A DNA stretch of 62,593 bases, filler included, from Choristocarpus tenellus KU-1152 (lineage: Eukaryota > Protista > Phaeophyceae), in NCBI GenBank assembly GCA_964200185.2. It is 12 parts of 12 records of this genome, joined end to end, with 100 filler letters (N's around TTAATTAATTAA, not from the genome) between each part and the next. Parts side by side here need not be neighbours in the genome. Positions count along the whole stretch, not along the records: positions 1 to 6,079 come from CAXNAD020008994.1; positions 6,180 to 10,647 come from CAXNAD020014405.1; positions 10,748 to 14,182 come from CAXNAD020020049.1; 9 more parts are not named here. The stretch is one strand, 5' to 3'. The notes below the pieces were generated by a model. The model saw only the letters and a list, made by a program, of their open reading frames with translations. It had not been told where the DNA came from and searched no databases. Below, one piece after another: positions 1 through 11,256 of this stretch. The stretch's first letter is position 1, and each line of letters starts with the position of its first letter. Both the position numbers and the translations under genes were made by a program.

Positions 1-55
1 AAAAAAAAAATTATTGTTGTTTTGTGATTGTGGGGGGGGCTCTCTGTTTTTGGGT

Positions 56-105
<50 letters not shown>

Positions 106-558
106 TTGCTTTGATGCTCTTGAAAGTTCTCTCCCGTCCTCATGGCGAGGGGAATCTTCCTCTCCCCAAGTCACTCTTTCCTTTCTTGCCAACTCTTGTG
201 TTCACAACGCAAACTGTGAAAGATATAATTAAATGAAAAAAAAGAGAGTATTCCTAAACCCCCAAAAAGGCAGTAAAAACCGGTAATGGCCTGTGGCAGC
301 AAGTAACTGACCCCCCCTCAACACAGCTCAGCACTTCCATCTCAAAAAACTGACCAAAACATAGTGTGTTCAAAAGATGGAATCCAGACACAGAGTTGTA
401 ATTGCCTGTTCTTGTGGAGATTGGGTAATGACATGATGACCTTGTTGTACTACAAGTACAGACACTTGGGTTCAGCAGCAAGCACTCCCAGTCTTGTTGA
501 TCTCCATTCCCCACACAAACGGTGAGATGAAATTGGCATAGATTCATTGCCTTGGGGG

Positions 559-3297
559 CTATGAAAAAGCAGCAATGAAATTATCCAGTTCCGGGGTATG
601 TCCGCCTTCGGCAGTTCCCAATGGCATTCCTGGGGGACGGAGGATATCTACGATGAGGACCAACCTGTCACCATCGGACTCATTGAATGCTTTGTGTAGC
701 TTGCTGTCATCAAACACCAACACCTCCCCCTCCACATGGTACCTTACCTGCAGTCAACGAGTGAAAGGGGCAGGAGGTGAGAGACAGGGTGGGGCACACA
801 GTCCGACAGAGTGTGAGGGTGTCAAGACAAAAGGAATAGTGAGCTCTTCTCTGTTAAGATTATGCTTTAAATTAATGTGGGAAAATACCTACTAAGGAAA
901 CAATGAGATAGTTAGAGTGTCGCAGGATAACTCTTGGATAACTGGATAGTTGATAGTAATCTTTCTGTTGAGTGATTGAGAGAACATCCAGGTTATTGTA
1001 GTATCATAAGAAGAATCCTGGAAGAGAAATGTTGTAGCCAGTAATCACTCCAATTTTCTACCTCCTACAACATAACTGAGACAGAATTAATCTACATATC
1101 AAGACTTGGGGTTCTACACATTCTAGAACATTCTCTTAGGCAGAGATGTTACGGTGTCCATGAAGATTCTTAAGGTTGGCATTTCCACCTCATACCTCTC
1201 ATGGTATTTTGTTTTGTCTATTCCATCCATGGACAGATCAAGCGCTCTCACATGAGTCACCCACTCGTCTTCTCACCCACCCCTTGTCCCCTACCCAGCC
1301 CCTGTGAAGTTCAAAAATGTTCTTACAAAAAACAGTTGACTCTCCCCAACCAATGAGCTGTGAAGAGTGTACTCACCTCCCCTTCCACCCACAACCCACA
1401 TGCCCCAGAGTTGGGAACAACCAGAGGCAAATGGCAGCGCAGAACATGATTGGCTAGGTCGGCCCATCCACGGTGGCCTGAAATGCGAGAGCCAGCCCCC
1501 AATCGTGAAAATAGCGCTGTGCGTATGTTGGGCACCTTGTGCAGTAGCTCGGTAGTTTTTGGGCACATGTGGCATGTACTCTCCACCCAGGTTGTTTGGG
1601 AGGGATCGGAAGCTGGGAATGTGTGAACAAAAGGAAATACCTTCCAATCCTGGCCTTCCCCTTCTGTGTAGTGCTTCTCTGGCCAGGATTTCCATCCGGA
1701 CACTGTGAGGCACTCTTCCAGTATGTCGCTGAAGCCTTCCGACAACACCCTGATGCCAGGGAATGTCTCCTGCCAGGAGAAGTAGTTGTGGGTAGTGACA
1801 TTATTTTCTTCAGCACCATATACTTCCATAGACGATACTGCTTCAGCAAGAACGTTGGCCAACGCTTCATCCACCTTTTCCTTAGTATCATCCTCGTTTG
1901 TCTGGGCCCATGGTGGTAGTGGTGGAGGCTGTGAGGGTGGAGGCCGTGGAGGTGCCTTTGCCGCAAACAAGCGATTGCTTGTCTTCCAGCAAAATTTTGC
2001 TTCTGGAGATATCTGCATGGTTGACACCCTGGAGTCAGAGGTTCCAGGCACCTCTGAACCAGAGCAGAAAGGAACACTAAAGTCACTGGAAAACCCAGGC
2101 CTTTCGATTCTTGAGGGGGTAAGGCACGAGCAGGTCGAGCTACCAGAGCTTGCATTGGAACTGACATCTACCAAGGGGTGCACCTCACTTGTACTAGAGG
2201 AATCACAATCCTTGGCACAGCTTCTAGCACTGAACACATGGACCATGTTGGGATCCTTCGGGTTGTTTTCCTCTTCTGTGGTCTCGCTTGCGCAGCTATC
2301 GATAGCAGCACTTAAGAGGTCTGCATTATGGTCGCCATCAGTAGTGCTCCTCAGTAAGCATTCCTCGAAAGCCTCAAGCTTAGGAGTGGCCACTGCTATG
2401 CTCGCTACTAGAACAAAGCCAACCTAAGCACGGAGAGATCCATAGATGACAAAGCATACCATACCAAGTGAGAAGAGGCTAGGTGAGAACAGAGAGCCTG
2501 CCCATCTCAACTTATGCGTAAAATTCTTCCTTCAGCACATAAATCACGGGCTCACCTGCTCGAGGTCGTGTCTTTCACTAGGCTCCCGGTCAGAGGATAA
2601 GAGCAGAAGTTGACCCCTGTTCTCTATCCATTGTGAAAGCTGGTCACCGAGGGCACAGAAGGAGCGAGTACTTCATCATTGGATATGGCGGAGGAGTGCA
2701 TCAGGTATTGATGCGACAAGCAGTCTATTCTTCGGGCATCCCACACACCTGATAGGCCAAACTCTCGTCAAATGCGTGACGACTATCACATCGTACTACC
2801 AAGGCATCCAGCGACCCCAGGAGGACGTCCTGTCCATTTGCTGCGCAGGATGAAGTTTTCTTTCTTTCTCTCTTTCCTCCCAGCCGAAGAATACCAACGG
2901 CACAGGTATTGTTGGGGTTTTCCCTTGGCAAGAGAAAGTTGGCCTCAGACTCACTATTAATGTCTACCTCACCAAGAGCTTCCAAAGCTTCACGGCAGGT
3001 TTGCTCATTGGCAAGCAGGAAGATAAACTGGGGCTGAAGCACCTCAGGATGTTGAAGGAGTAAGGATTCATTTGCTCTTGGATCAGTGGGAGAATCACTG
3101 TACACTGTAAACTGATTGCTATATATACCTGAGAGGTTGCAACTAAAACAAGCACCTCCAAACCCACCCTTGGCTCTTGGATGTTTCATAAGAAAAGGCA
3201 GACACGAGTAAGCACCGTAAGGCAAGGATTCTATCAGAACCACACATTGCAGTAGGGTAACAGTGAGTGTGATTGAGAGACAAACACCCACCTTCAT
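559..3297 (-). CDS. Aspartyl/asparaginyl beta-hydroxylase family 2OG-Fe(II) dioxygenase (spliced, 4 predicted exons)
   Basis: Exons 3297-2749, 2639-2556, 2423-1377 and 747-559 (stop TAG), all GT-AG, phase 0. Domain motifs: WKVFPF, CPKTTELL, ALFSRLGAGSRISGHRG, LRCHLPL, GEVLVFDDSKLHKAFN, RLVLIVDILRP. The last two exons are secure. The first two exons, including a signal-peptide-like MKVGVCLSITLTVTLLQCVVL, are less certain. Confidence 0.85.
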
Positions 3298-3527
3298 ATC
3301 ACGAGCATGGAAGAATTCGCATTTTTGCTCTCTCATCAGTTGTTGTGTTTGATCACACCTTGAATAGGGTTAGGGCTATTCAGGACCTAAATCTACAAGT
3401 TGCATTACATGTCCCATCATCGTCTAGGACCCTAACTGCACACCTGAGCTCTCCCCAAAGCGTGAGGCTCATAGCCTTGGCCAATATTGTATTGCCCCAA
3501 TTGGGGGTCCGGTAAATGCGTTGCTAG

Positions 3528-5568
3528 ATGCACTACTCTTGGCTTCAGAGTCCATGGATCGGAGCGTGTGGTAGCGGAAGTGGTTGCCAGCCAGGTATTG
3601 CGTCTCGTCGACCTCTTTTCAGACCCCAGGTCCGCAGACATAGGAGCACCCAACTCCTAGGTTGGGTATGGTCTCTAGTGTTGATATCAGTTGTACTGCT
3701 ACCGAACGTACAGGGGCGACGGTTTAGAGGCAGAGGGGTAAGCGACGAAGCAGGATTTGTTTGCTCGTCAGGTTGGCGAGGGAGGGCTGCTGTCCGTGGA
3801 CATAACTTTGGAGAATTCCGATCTACCCTTGTTCACGAAGATGGAGAGTTTCGTCAGTTGGCTAAAACGGGGAAGAAGCCTGCAGGGGGAAATGGTACGA
3901 GTTCGGTATTGAAAACGGTAATTGGAAGGCCACACACACCAGAGAGCAGAGCGAAGATTGGTGCATCGAACAAGGGGAAAAAGCCGTGGAACATTGGCAA
4001 GAGCCGCTCTGATGATGTTAAAGAAAAGATTCGGGAGGGTGTGCGCGTCGCATTGTACAATCGGAGGCTTGCCGCTGCGAAGTCATTGGTAAGTGAAGAT
4101 TGGTATTTGCAGTTCCAATGAGCGCGATGTTCGTGTAAAGCAGCAGGCGCTCTTATAGAGTCTTCCCCTCTAGGTTATGCATGAGTGTGCTGGAGAATGT
4201 TGTATGGTTGTCGCAATCCAGTTGTGGCTTGACTATCCACCCCGCCTTCGAATGCATTAGTGCAAGTTGATGCGACCCCTCCCTCACTCCTCAGTCAACA
4301 TGTCACTTGACTTTGGAATGCCCTTTTCAATCTTCAACGGTTAGGTTTATGTCCTCTGACTATATCGATCGGAACTAAAGAACTATGTTTCTTACATCTC
4401 TTCTCAGACAAAACCAAGGCATTGCACAAAAGGAGTGCTCTGTCGAGAGGAGAACGCGATATTATTCCAACCATGACAGTATTTGAAACGTCGTTCAAAT
4501 AGCACGCGCCCACCCCCCCAGTGTAATAACTCTTCACCCTATTTATCTGAATAATGTTGGACTAAGTGCCGCGACAAGTTGATCCCAATTTCAAGTTTTC
4601 TCCAAGAGCCGACACGAAATGCCAACCCCATCAATCGAGCCTCCCTCTAACGACGAGTCTCTTTATGGTCCATTCACTCCTTTCAATTTGCGTCGAACAC
4701 CAATGAAATAAAGAACCTGACCTTTGATGAGTACATGGACATGAAGGAGAAAGATAGACAGCAGAGGAAAAAGGCGGCCAAGAGAGGACCTATGAGTCCA
4801 AACGCAACTGCAGAGGCTCGTGCCAAGATAAGTGCTCGCCTAAAGGAGCGCTGGCGAGATCCTTTCTACCGCGCCCAGCGCGGTCTATCAGGCACCAATC
4901 GAACTGGGATAACACACTCAGCAGAGACCCGGGCCCGAATCAGCAGGGCTGTGAAGGCTAAGTGGGAGGACCCAAAGTACCGAGCAACAATGTTGGCCAA
5001 AGGGTTTACACCAGAGCACCGGAAAAAGCTGAGTGAGAGTATAAAGGCAAAGTGGGCTGATCCAGAGTACAGGAAGAATCTTCAAATGTCTAACAGCACA
5101 ACCAAGTCGGAAGAGCACAAGAGGAAGATCTCAGAGAAGATCAAAGCCAAGTGGGCAGACCCTAATTACCGGGATAAGGTTGTTAAGAAGATGCGGGAGA
5201 TAGCAGATGCCAAGATGGAGGCACAAGGGGGTCGCAAGACTCGCGTAAGGAGGGGGAGGGTTAGGGGGAATACCTTCAACAGAGCTACCGGTAGGCCGAG
5301 GATGGAGGGGACGGGACCTCCAACTCCGGCAGAACGCCTGTCAATGCTTCGGTGGGAGGCCAGGAGAGATGCGAAATCAGAGAACTCGGCGATTAAATTG
5401 GAGAAGGAGAGGGCTCGAGAGAGGAACAGAATTGCCAGAGAGAAAAAGGCAAGGGAGAGGGAGGAAGAAAAGGCGAGGATAAGGAAGCAGCTGGAGGAGG
5501 AGGAGAGGATGTTGGAGGGGCTAGATGACTTCGATGCTCTTATCATGCGGCGTGCCATACGCGAGAAG
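3528..5568 (+). CDS. NUMOD3-motif (nuclease-associated modular DNA-binding domain 3) repeat protein, 3' incomplete
   Basis: Exons 3528-4088 (TTG|GTAAGT) and 4714-5568 (AAG|GTGTGT), phase 0. Motifs GRPHTPESRAKIGASNKGKKPWNIGKSRSDDVKEKIREG plus four repeats of type H[ST]xExRxKISxxxKAKWxDPxYR, followed by an E/R/K-rich coiled coil. Confidence 0.8.
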
Positions 5569-6079
5569 GTGTGTCTTTTTTTGGTCTCTCTCTCTCTCTC
5601 TGTTTGTGTGTCTGTGTGTGTGTCTGTGTGTGTCTGTGTCTGTGTGTCTAAGGGAGGTACAGAGGGGGACTTGTTTTGTTTGTGATGTTAATTGTACAGG
5701 TGAGGGGTCTGCATGTATTACTGGGTGATGTATTGTATTAGCTTTCCTCTTTTTTCCTCCTTTGCCCTTCCCCCCTCTGTTGCCCCCTGCCAGTGCCTGT
5801 CGGGTACTTGCCAATTTTGGTATCGAGTTGTTTCTGGGTGTAAGCATCTGTGAGACTCCTTTTTGGCACCGGCCAAAGGAATGCGTTGCAAGTGTCTCTT
5901 GTTGAGAAAAATGTCAAATACATGGAGGCAGGCTGCAGGTGGAGATCGATTAATTGATTGCTTTATTTTGTCTATGGTGTCTCCCAAGCCGAGCAGGATT
6001 CAATTGAGGTATGGGTGAAAGAAGTTCGAAACCTCTCGCTCTCTTCCTTCCTCCCCCCCTCCCCCCCCCCCCCCCCCCC

Positions 6080-6179
6080 NNNNNNNNNNNNNNNNNNNNN
6101 NNNNNNNNNNNNNNNNNNNNNNNTTAATTAATTAANNNNNNNNNNNNNNNNNNNNNNNNNNNNNNNNNNNNNNNNNNNN
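6080..6179. other. Artificial contig spacer (44 N + TTAATTAATTAA + 44 N)
   Basis: Identical spacers at 6080-6179, 10648-10747, 14183-14282, 25546-25645, 32333-32432, 36418-36517, 39302-39401, 42930-43029, 54166-54265, 57064-57163 and 59743-59842. The core gives stops in all six frames. Confidence 0.98.
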
Positions 6180-6228
6180 GTCAGGGCATTCGCACTGGTT
6201 GGTCATCAAATGGGGAATAGAGGATAGA

Positions 6229-6293
6229 GGAATAAGAAAATAGGAATGTGCAAAATAATAATAATAATCCAGAATTCGTGAACAAAACAAAAT
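6229..6293 (+). repeat. Dispersed ~65-bp repeat; inverted copy at 56994-57057
   Basis: GGAATAAGAAAATAGGAATGTGCAAAATAATAATAATAATCCAGAATTCGTGAACAAAACAAAAT nearly matches the reverse complement of 56994-57057. Both copies lie close to contig ends. Confidence 0.8.
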
Positions 6294-6539
6294 AGTCCTC
6301 GTAACAATTCCATCTCATTTGTATACGGCCAAATCTCTCAAAGACACCGTCAATTGCATGCTTCTATGTACAACGTCAGACTAGTTCAATTCAGTCACTC
6401 AAACCGACAAGAATCACTTTTTCAATTAGCCACGTGCATTTATCCAGCGAACTTCCCTGTTTTCTTGCCCTTGATTAACCCTCTCCGTTTCTAAATCATT
6501 ACACTTTTTTTCGATTCGTAGCTACTTTTTCATGTGCAG

Positions 6540-8460
6540 TACTATTATTAGTACTGTCACAGTTGACCCCATAGTGTCCAACAGGGGGGATCGGTGTAGG
6601 CCCTTTCGAGTACAAGCGGCTTATAAGATCTTCTTGCCTACTGACACCCCCATTCCCATGCCTGAAGTGCAGCTAACCCACATCATAAGGAGAATATGGT
6701 TTGTGTTAGAGGGGTCGAAATCCCTCCAAGCACAAAACCAAACCAGACTGATAGGAGGAAACGCATCAGAATGTTGTTTTCGGTCAAAACCTGTAGAGCA
6801 TAGTGGAATATTTCTGTACACGTGTAGGAAATTAGTCAACGAACATTCTTTGTGGTAGAACACTCCATGAACGACTTCGAAGTAGATACTTGATGCATTT
6901 TAGTAGGCTCCTGTTAGAAGGAGGGGCTAATCCACAAATTCTGTTCAATTGGACTGACAGCAAGATATAGTCTTGCGTGCCCTTCGCTGTTGGTCTAGTT
7001 TCTTAAAGTAAGTGCTGTAGTGCAATGTGTAGTTCTTGGATAGTGAAGCATATATCCAACCTGTTTTTCCCACAAATAATATTTATGTACAAAATAGTTA
7101 CTCCAATAGTACTTCAGAAGATTTGTGTGGCAGAGATTTTCTCCTGTTAACGTTGAGAGCACTCGCGCCTCAAAAAATATGCTCAATGCCACCCTTAACC
7201 TAGATGGTTGACCATGCTCTTCTGGTTCAGAATGTCTGCTATCCACGACAATGTTAGGGTTGAATTGCTCTGTAATTTCCGCCATCCCTATAGCACCGAA
7301 TCAACTTGCTGTACAGCACCCGTGCATAACACCCATTCATTGTCAGGGCAACGCTCGTTACCATTTATTTGCTCTAGAACGTTGTTTTCCAGCAAATGCT
7401 TGGCTCCTTTTCCCCTATAACATTCATTGTCGAAAACACACAAAAAAACGTGGCAGTTTGCTCTATTATATTACGGAACCAGTCCATATGCCATCCTCTT
7501 GTTTCACGTGTTAGTTTGATATATTGAACTAAGCAGCCCACTTGCTTACTATCATTTCATATGCTAGTTCGATATATTGAAGCAGAAGAAAGGGATAATA
7601 AGTGGAAAAAATAAAAGAGAAAACAAAATGCGAAAATGGAAAATGTATGTCCACTGAACTCACTCGTGATGCCCACTGTCCAGCAAACACTCAGACTCAT
7701 TTGGTCTGTAACGATCATTGTACCAGACAATGTGTGGAAACATCTGCTCCTTAGCATCACTCGCTTGGTAAATGGTCGAGCCAATTTAGTCCATAAGGTT
7801 TGTAGTCCAGAACAACAAACGTGGCCATTTCTCTGGATTGTCTGTTTTCTGGACAATGCATCGCCATCCATGAATAATGCTAAAACACAAAGTTGTGATA
7901 TGGGAGCAATACATTTTCCGAGGTGTGCAACCTTTCTGCCACGGTAAACACTCTCAGACAATGCACTGAGGGTGGGGAGAAAGACTTGAACCAGGCTTGG
8001 TGGGTATTATGGGCCTGAGATTCCGACCAAGCCATGTCGCGGTAACCTTCATATTTAAAACATGAAATTCGGCATGTTAACCAAACAGGGACTCTTGGAA
8101 AGCCTGTTCATGTTATTGCTCACTTTCCATTTTCGTACCTCTTCTTATTAAATGTCATGCTTCTTACTCGTCAAGGCACAGGCAGCTCATGAGGCCAAGA
8201 AACTCTGACATAGCCTTCCTTACACAGCCATACCACATACCACATCCATGACTAAAGGTATTGACTGACCACAGAAATATGTGTTGTTTACAATGTCTCA
8301 TTCGGCCTTTCATTGGTCAATATGCTTCATAGCAATACACAAAGTACCTTACAACAATAATGATGTCAACAAAGTGAGAAAAAGTTTTTATCGCATCATC
8401 CCAATCTACATTTTCATGCCATGATACTACAAAAACGTTTCCCTTTCATGGTCTTCTACA
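6540..8460 (-). pseudogene. Heavily decayed spliced gene with SET-domain-like and possible Ulp1-peptidase-like motifs
   Basis: Stop- and frameshift-riddled minus-strand peptides: G*GWH..EKISATQI..KY (~7195-7110), NASSIYFEVVHGVFYHKECSLTN (~6900-6830) and PPISLVWFCAWRDF (~6760-6718), in SET motif order. Upstream, NVLLPYHNFVF*HYSW..FVVLDY (~7915-7790) resembles a C48 peptidase His/Asp region. Intron-like GTGAGT...TAG at 7663-7564. Confidence 0.3.
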
Positions 8461-10575
8461 AGATTCTACTCTTACATTCCTTCTACATGATAAAACATCT
8501 AGGTGAACATCCTCTCCTCCTGCTCATTTGTGCACTATGCTAATCATCTCTATCTAGAATTCGAAATCTGTGGGATAAAGGGTTAAGAAGTTCTGCCCTT
8601 ACCACATCTGATATCACTACCGCTTCATGAAACCCCTCCCAGTCCCCATCCCGTCTACGTAAACGACCGGGTCCACCCCCACCCCTACCAAGCCCAAAGG
8701 AACCCTGCTGGACTGGATGAGGGGTCATGCGTTTTGCCTGTAACAAGTCCCCTTCCCTCCCCACTAACCCGCTGGACAAGGTATCCCTAAACACATTTTC
8801 CTGGTGAGTGGAGGGATTTTGTATGTGGGGGAAAGAGGGGTAGGTGTCCCTGAAAACACTTCCTCGGTGAGTGGAGGGACTTTGCGAGTAGGGGGAAGAG
8901 GGATAGGCATTGCCATCTAGGGCAGGTGTTTGAGCAGCCCTCTTCAGCGTAGTGCTATTTTGGAACCCTCCCCATGGTTTCTGGGACAATTAAATAAAGA
9001 GGCCAGGTATTGGGGGGAGGGGGAGGTGATTGAAAGGGGAATTTTAGGTTGTATTGAAGGTCGAATTATCGCCAAGTGGAAATGGGGGGTAGGTCATAGT
9101 CAACTAGATTATATGAAGCAAACATTCTGAAAGTGGAATTCTTTCCTAGGTACTGCGAAAGAGTACCATAGACATTGGCAGCACGCCTTTCCTCCTGGGC
9201 AAGGACCTCACCTTGTCCGCCCTGTATCTACTAGTGGGTGTCGTTTGGTGCTGTCTTCCTCTCCAGGTGGGTTGTTTGAAGCTGTCTGACTTGACCTGGA
9301 TTTGTTCCCGGTTACCAGCAGGGTTTTCATGGGTGAAGTGCAGTGCACTAACTGAGGGGTTACACTTCTCTGGGTGCACAACAGAGGGGACACAAAGAAA
9401 AGGGTGAGATTGGTTTATTCTTTCTTTTTAGAGTTGGGGTTGACATCATCTATCAATAGCACGATATCCCCAATCAAACAGGTGATGACAACTGTAGGAG
9501 GTTGAACTCTGCTCATGGACTCGAAATTTATCCCTTCACACGCTCCCCCACTCATTGAGTCTGAGTCACTAGCATTGACTCTCTCCTCAGCACTTGGCGT
9601 CTGAGGTTCGTGCTCCACGCATTGATTTGCACCTGCTTTGTTATTTTGAAGGGTAAAATCATCCCCCACAGCCTCTGGATCCTGGTCTGGTACCTCCAGG
9701 TATGAATTCTGAGGCGTGGAGGACCTGGCGTCGTTTCTGCGCTGTCCATCTCCCACTGAGTTCAAAATCGACACATATTGCAATTCTGCTCCCCCTTCAT
9801 CATACCAAGGAGTACCCTGTCTCCAGCTTCCAGTCCCATCAACCTGGGGGCACCTTTAACAATTGGCAGGGAAGATTTGGTCACCCGAAGTCATTCTTCT
9901 TGAGAAGAAGAGAGGAAGGGCATATCTTGTTGAGTCAGTCAACTGGGCAGATATCGGGATAGTGTGTAATGCAGGAAGGTTAGGAGATGATCTTGATGGT
10001 CACTTGGAGGGGGGCTATGCACACTCAAACCACAAATAGTTGCAGGCAGTCAAGATCATTTAAGTTTGTGCCCTGAATAGGTTGGTAGTTTTGTTTAGAT
10101 ATTTTCACCATTAATCATATATCCTACCCCCCTCAGAACACCCAGTCCAAACCACTAATTACGGAGGACTCCTGTATGTAATGGTCATGGACACAATCTG
10201 ACTTTACCCACGTCAAATTTCTGTTGTTGAATATCATACAGTATGTATTACTGTACTGCAGACAGTAACACCCTATCAATAACAATTCCAGTGTCAATGA
10301 TAGATACCACGAAATGTTGCCCTCAAGGGTTCAGGCATGCCCTACTGTAGCAGGCAAAAATTACTCAGTTGCCATTTTTTTCCAGATTTTGAATCCTTCT
10401 GGCCAGCCTCTCTGCACCAACTCTGGAGTCGATTACACCAGTCCTCGTTTGCACAGTGAACTCTCTACATGTAATGCATGATGCATGGTGCATAAACCCC
10501 TCTCAATAAGTGTAAAATTAACCAATGCCTCAGATCAATCAGAGCTGAGACAAGCACGATTTTGAACCTTGTGCA

Positions 10576-10647
10576 GGCCTAAAGTATCTAGGGGGGGGGG
10601 GGGGGGGATTTTTACAGGGGGGGCCATTTGGATGGGAGGAGGGTGGG
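10576..10647 (+). mobile_element. Terminus of G-run MITE-like family 2 (AAAGTATCT core), truncated by contig end
   Basis: GGCCTAAAGTATCTAGGGGG...GCCATTTGG shares the AAAGTATCT and CCATTTGG blocks of the family 1 terminus. Confidence 0.5.
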
Positions 10648-10747
10648 NNNNNNNNNNNNNNNNNNNNNNNNNNNNNNNNNNNNNNNNNNNNTTAATTAAT
10701 TAANNNNNNNNNNNNNNNNNNNNNNNNNNNNNNNNNNNNNNNNNNNN

Positions 10748-10864
10748 AGAAGAAGGATATTGACACTTCCTAACAGACACAATAGCCAAAATTACATCAA
10801 AATCGAAACATTGGATTTTGGCTCCCAAATGGACGCGACTCTACCCTCTAGGATACTTTGGCTC
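10748..10864 (-). mobile_element. MITE family 1, partial copy A
   Basis: Near-identical to the corresponding half of copies at 27062, 31175, 41821 and 60827. Ends in the TIR TACCCTCTAGGATACTTTGGCTC. Confidence 0.9.
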
Positions 10865-11209
10865 GGATGTGACCTATCTATCCCTCTCTTGTACAAACCA
10901 CATCACCTTTGAATAGATATTTATAACTAGTGGAAGAAGACGTATTATGTATTGTATAATACAATATGTGGTGTACCATACATATAAGCATGCCAAATCG
11001 TTACCAGCTCCCCCCCCCGGGGGGGCCGTCTGTCCTTGTACCTTTGGCTTGGTTGAGGTTGCTTCCAAATTGTAGCGGTGCCCTCCACAAGCACCGAAAT
11101 ATTTTTGACCAAAATTATATCCCATTCGTAACGGGGCCCTTAAAAAGTGCCGCAACATTCACAAAAAAAACATGTGTGCACTTTCCGCGCACCATTTCGG
11201 GTCTCGCTT

Positions 11210-11256
11210 ATCCTCCATAAAAAGCTCCATCCTCAATTTTGGCGATCGGCTGTTCT
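11210..11256 (+). mobile_element. Isolated terminal repeat of MITE family 3
   Basis: ATCCTCCATAAAAAGCTCCATCCTCAATTTTGGCGATCGGCTGTTCT matches the right arm of the inverted-repeat element at 32713-32888. Confidence 0.65.

Noticed and set aside
52-103. Long poly-G/poly-C/poly-T runs (also ~6055, 17466-17598, 22387-22530, 25484, 37604-37777, 42154-42313) and the poly-Gly/Pro/Phe/Lys ORFs over them
   Set aside because: Low-complexity sequence near contig ends and small gaps, probably part real homopolymer and part read error. The ORFs are artefacts.
1786-2427. 213-aa plus-strand ORF and other overlapping ORFs
   Set aside because: Antisense shadows of the hydroxylase exon.
6124-6135. Recurring TTAATTAATTAA between N runs
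   Set aside because: Artificial linker joining contigs; not biological, and it gives no synteny information.
8745-8905. Short ~60-bp direct duplication encoding PSTH..VFRDT twice
   Set aside because: A real but minor local duplication in decayed sequence, with no evidence of function.
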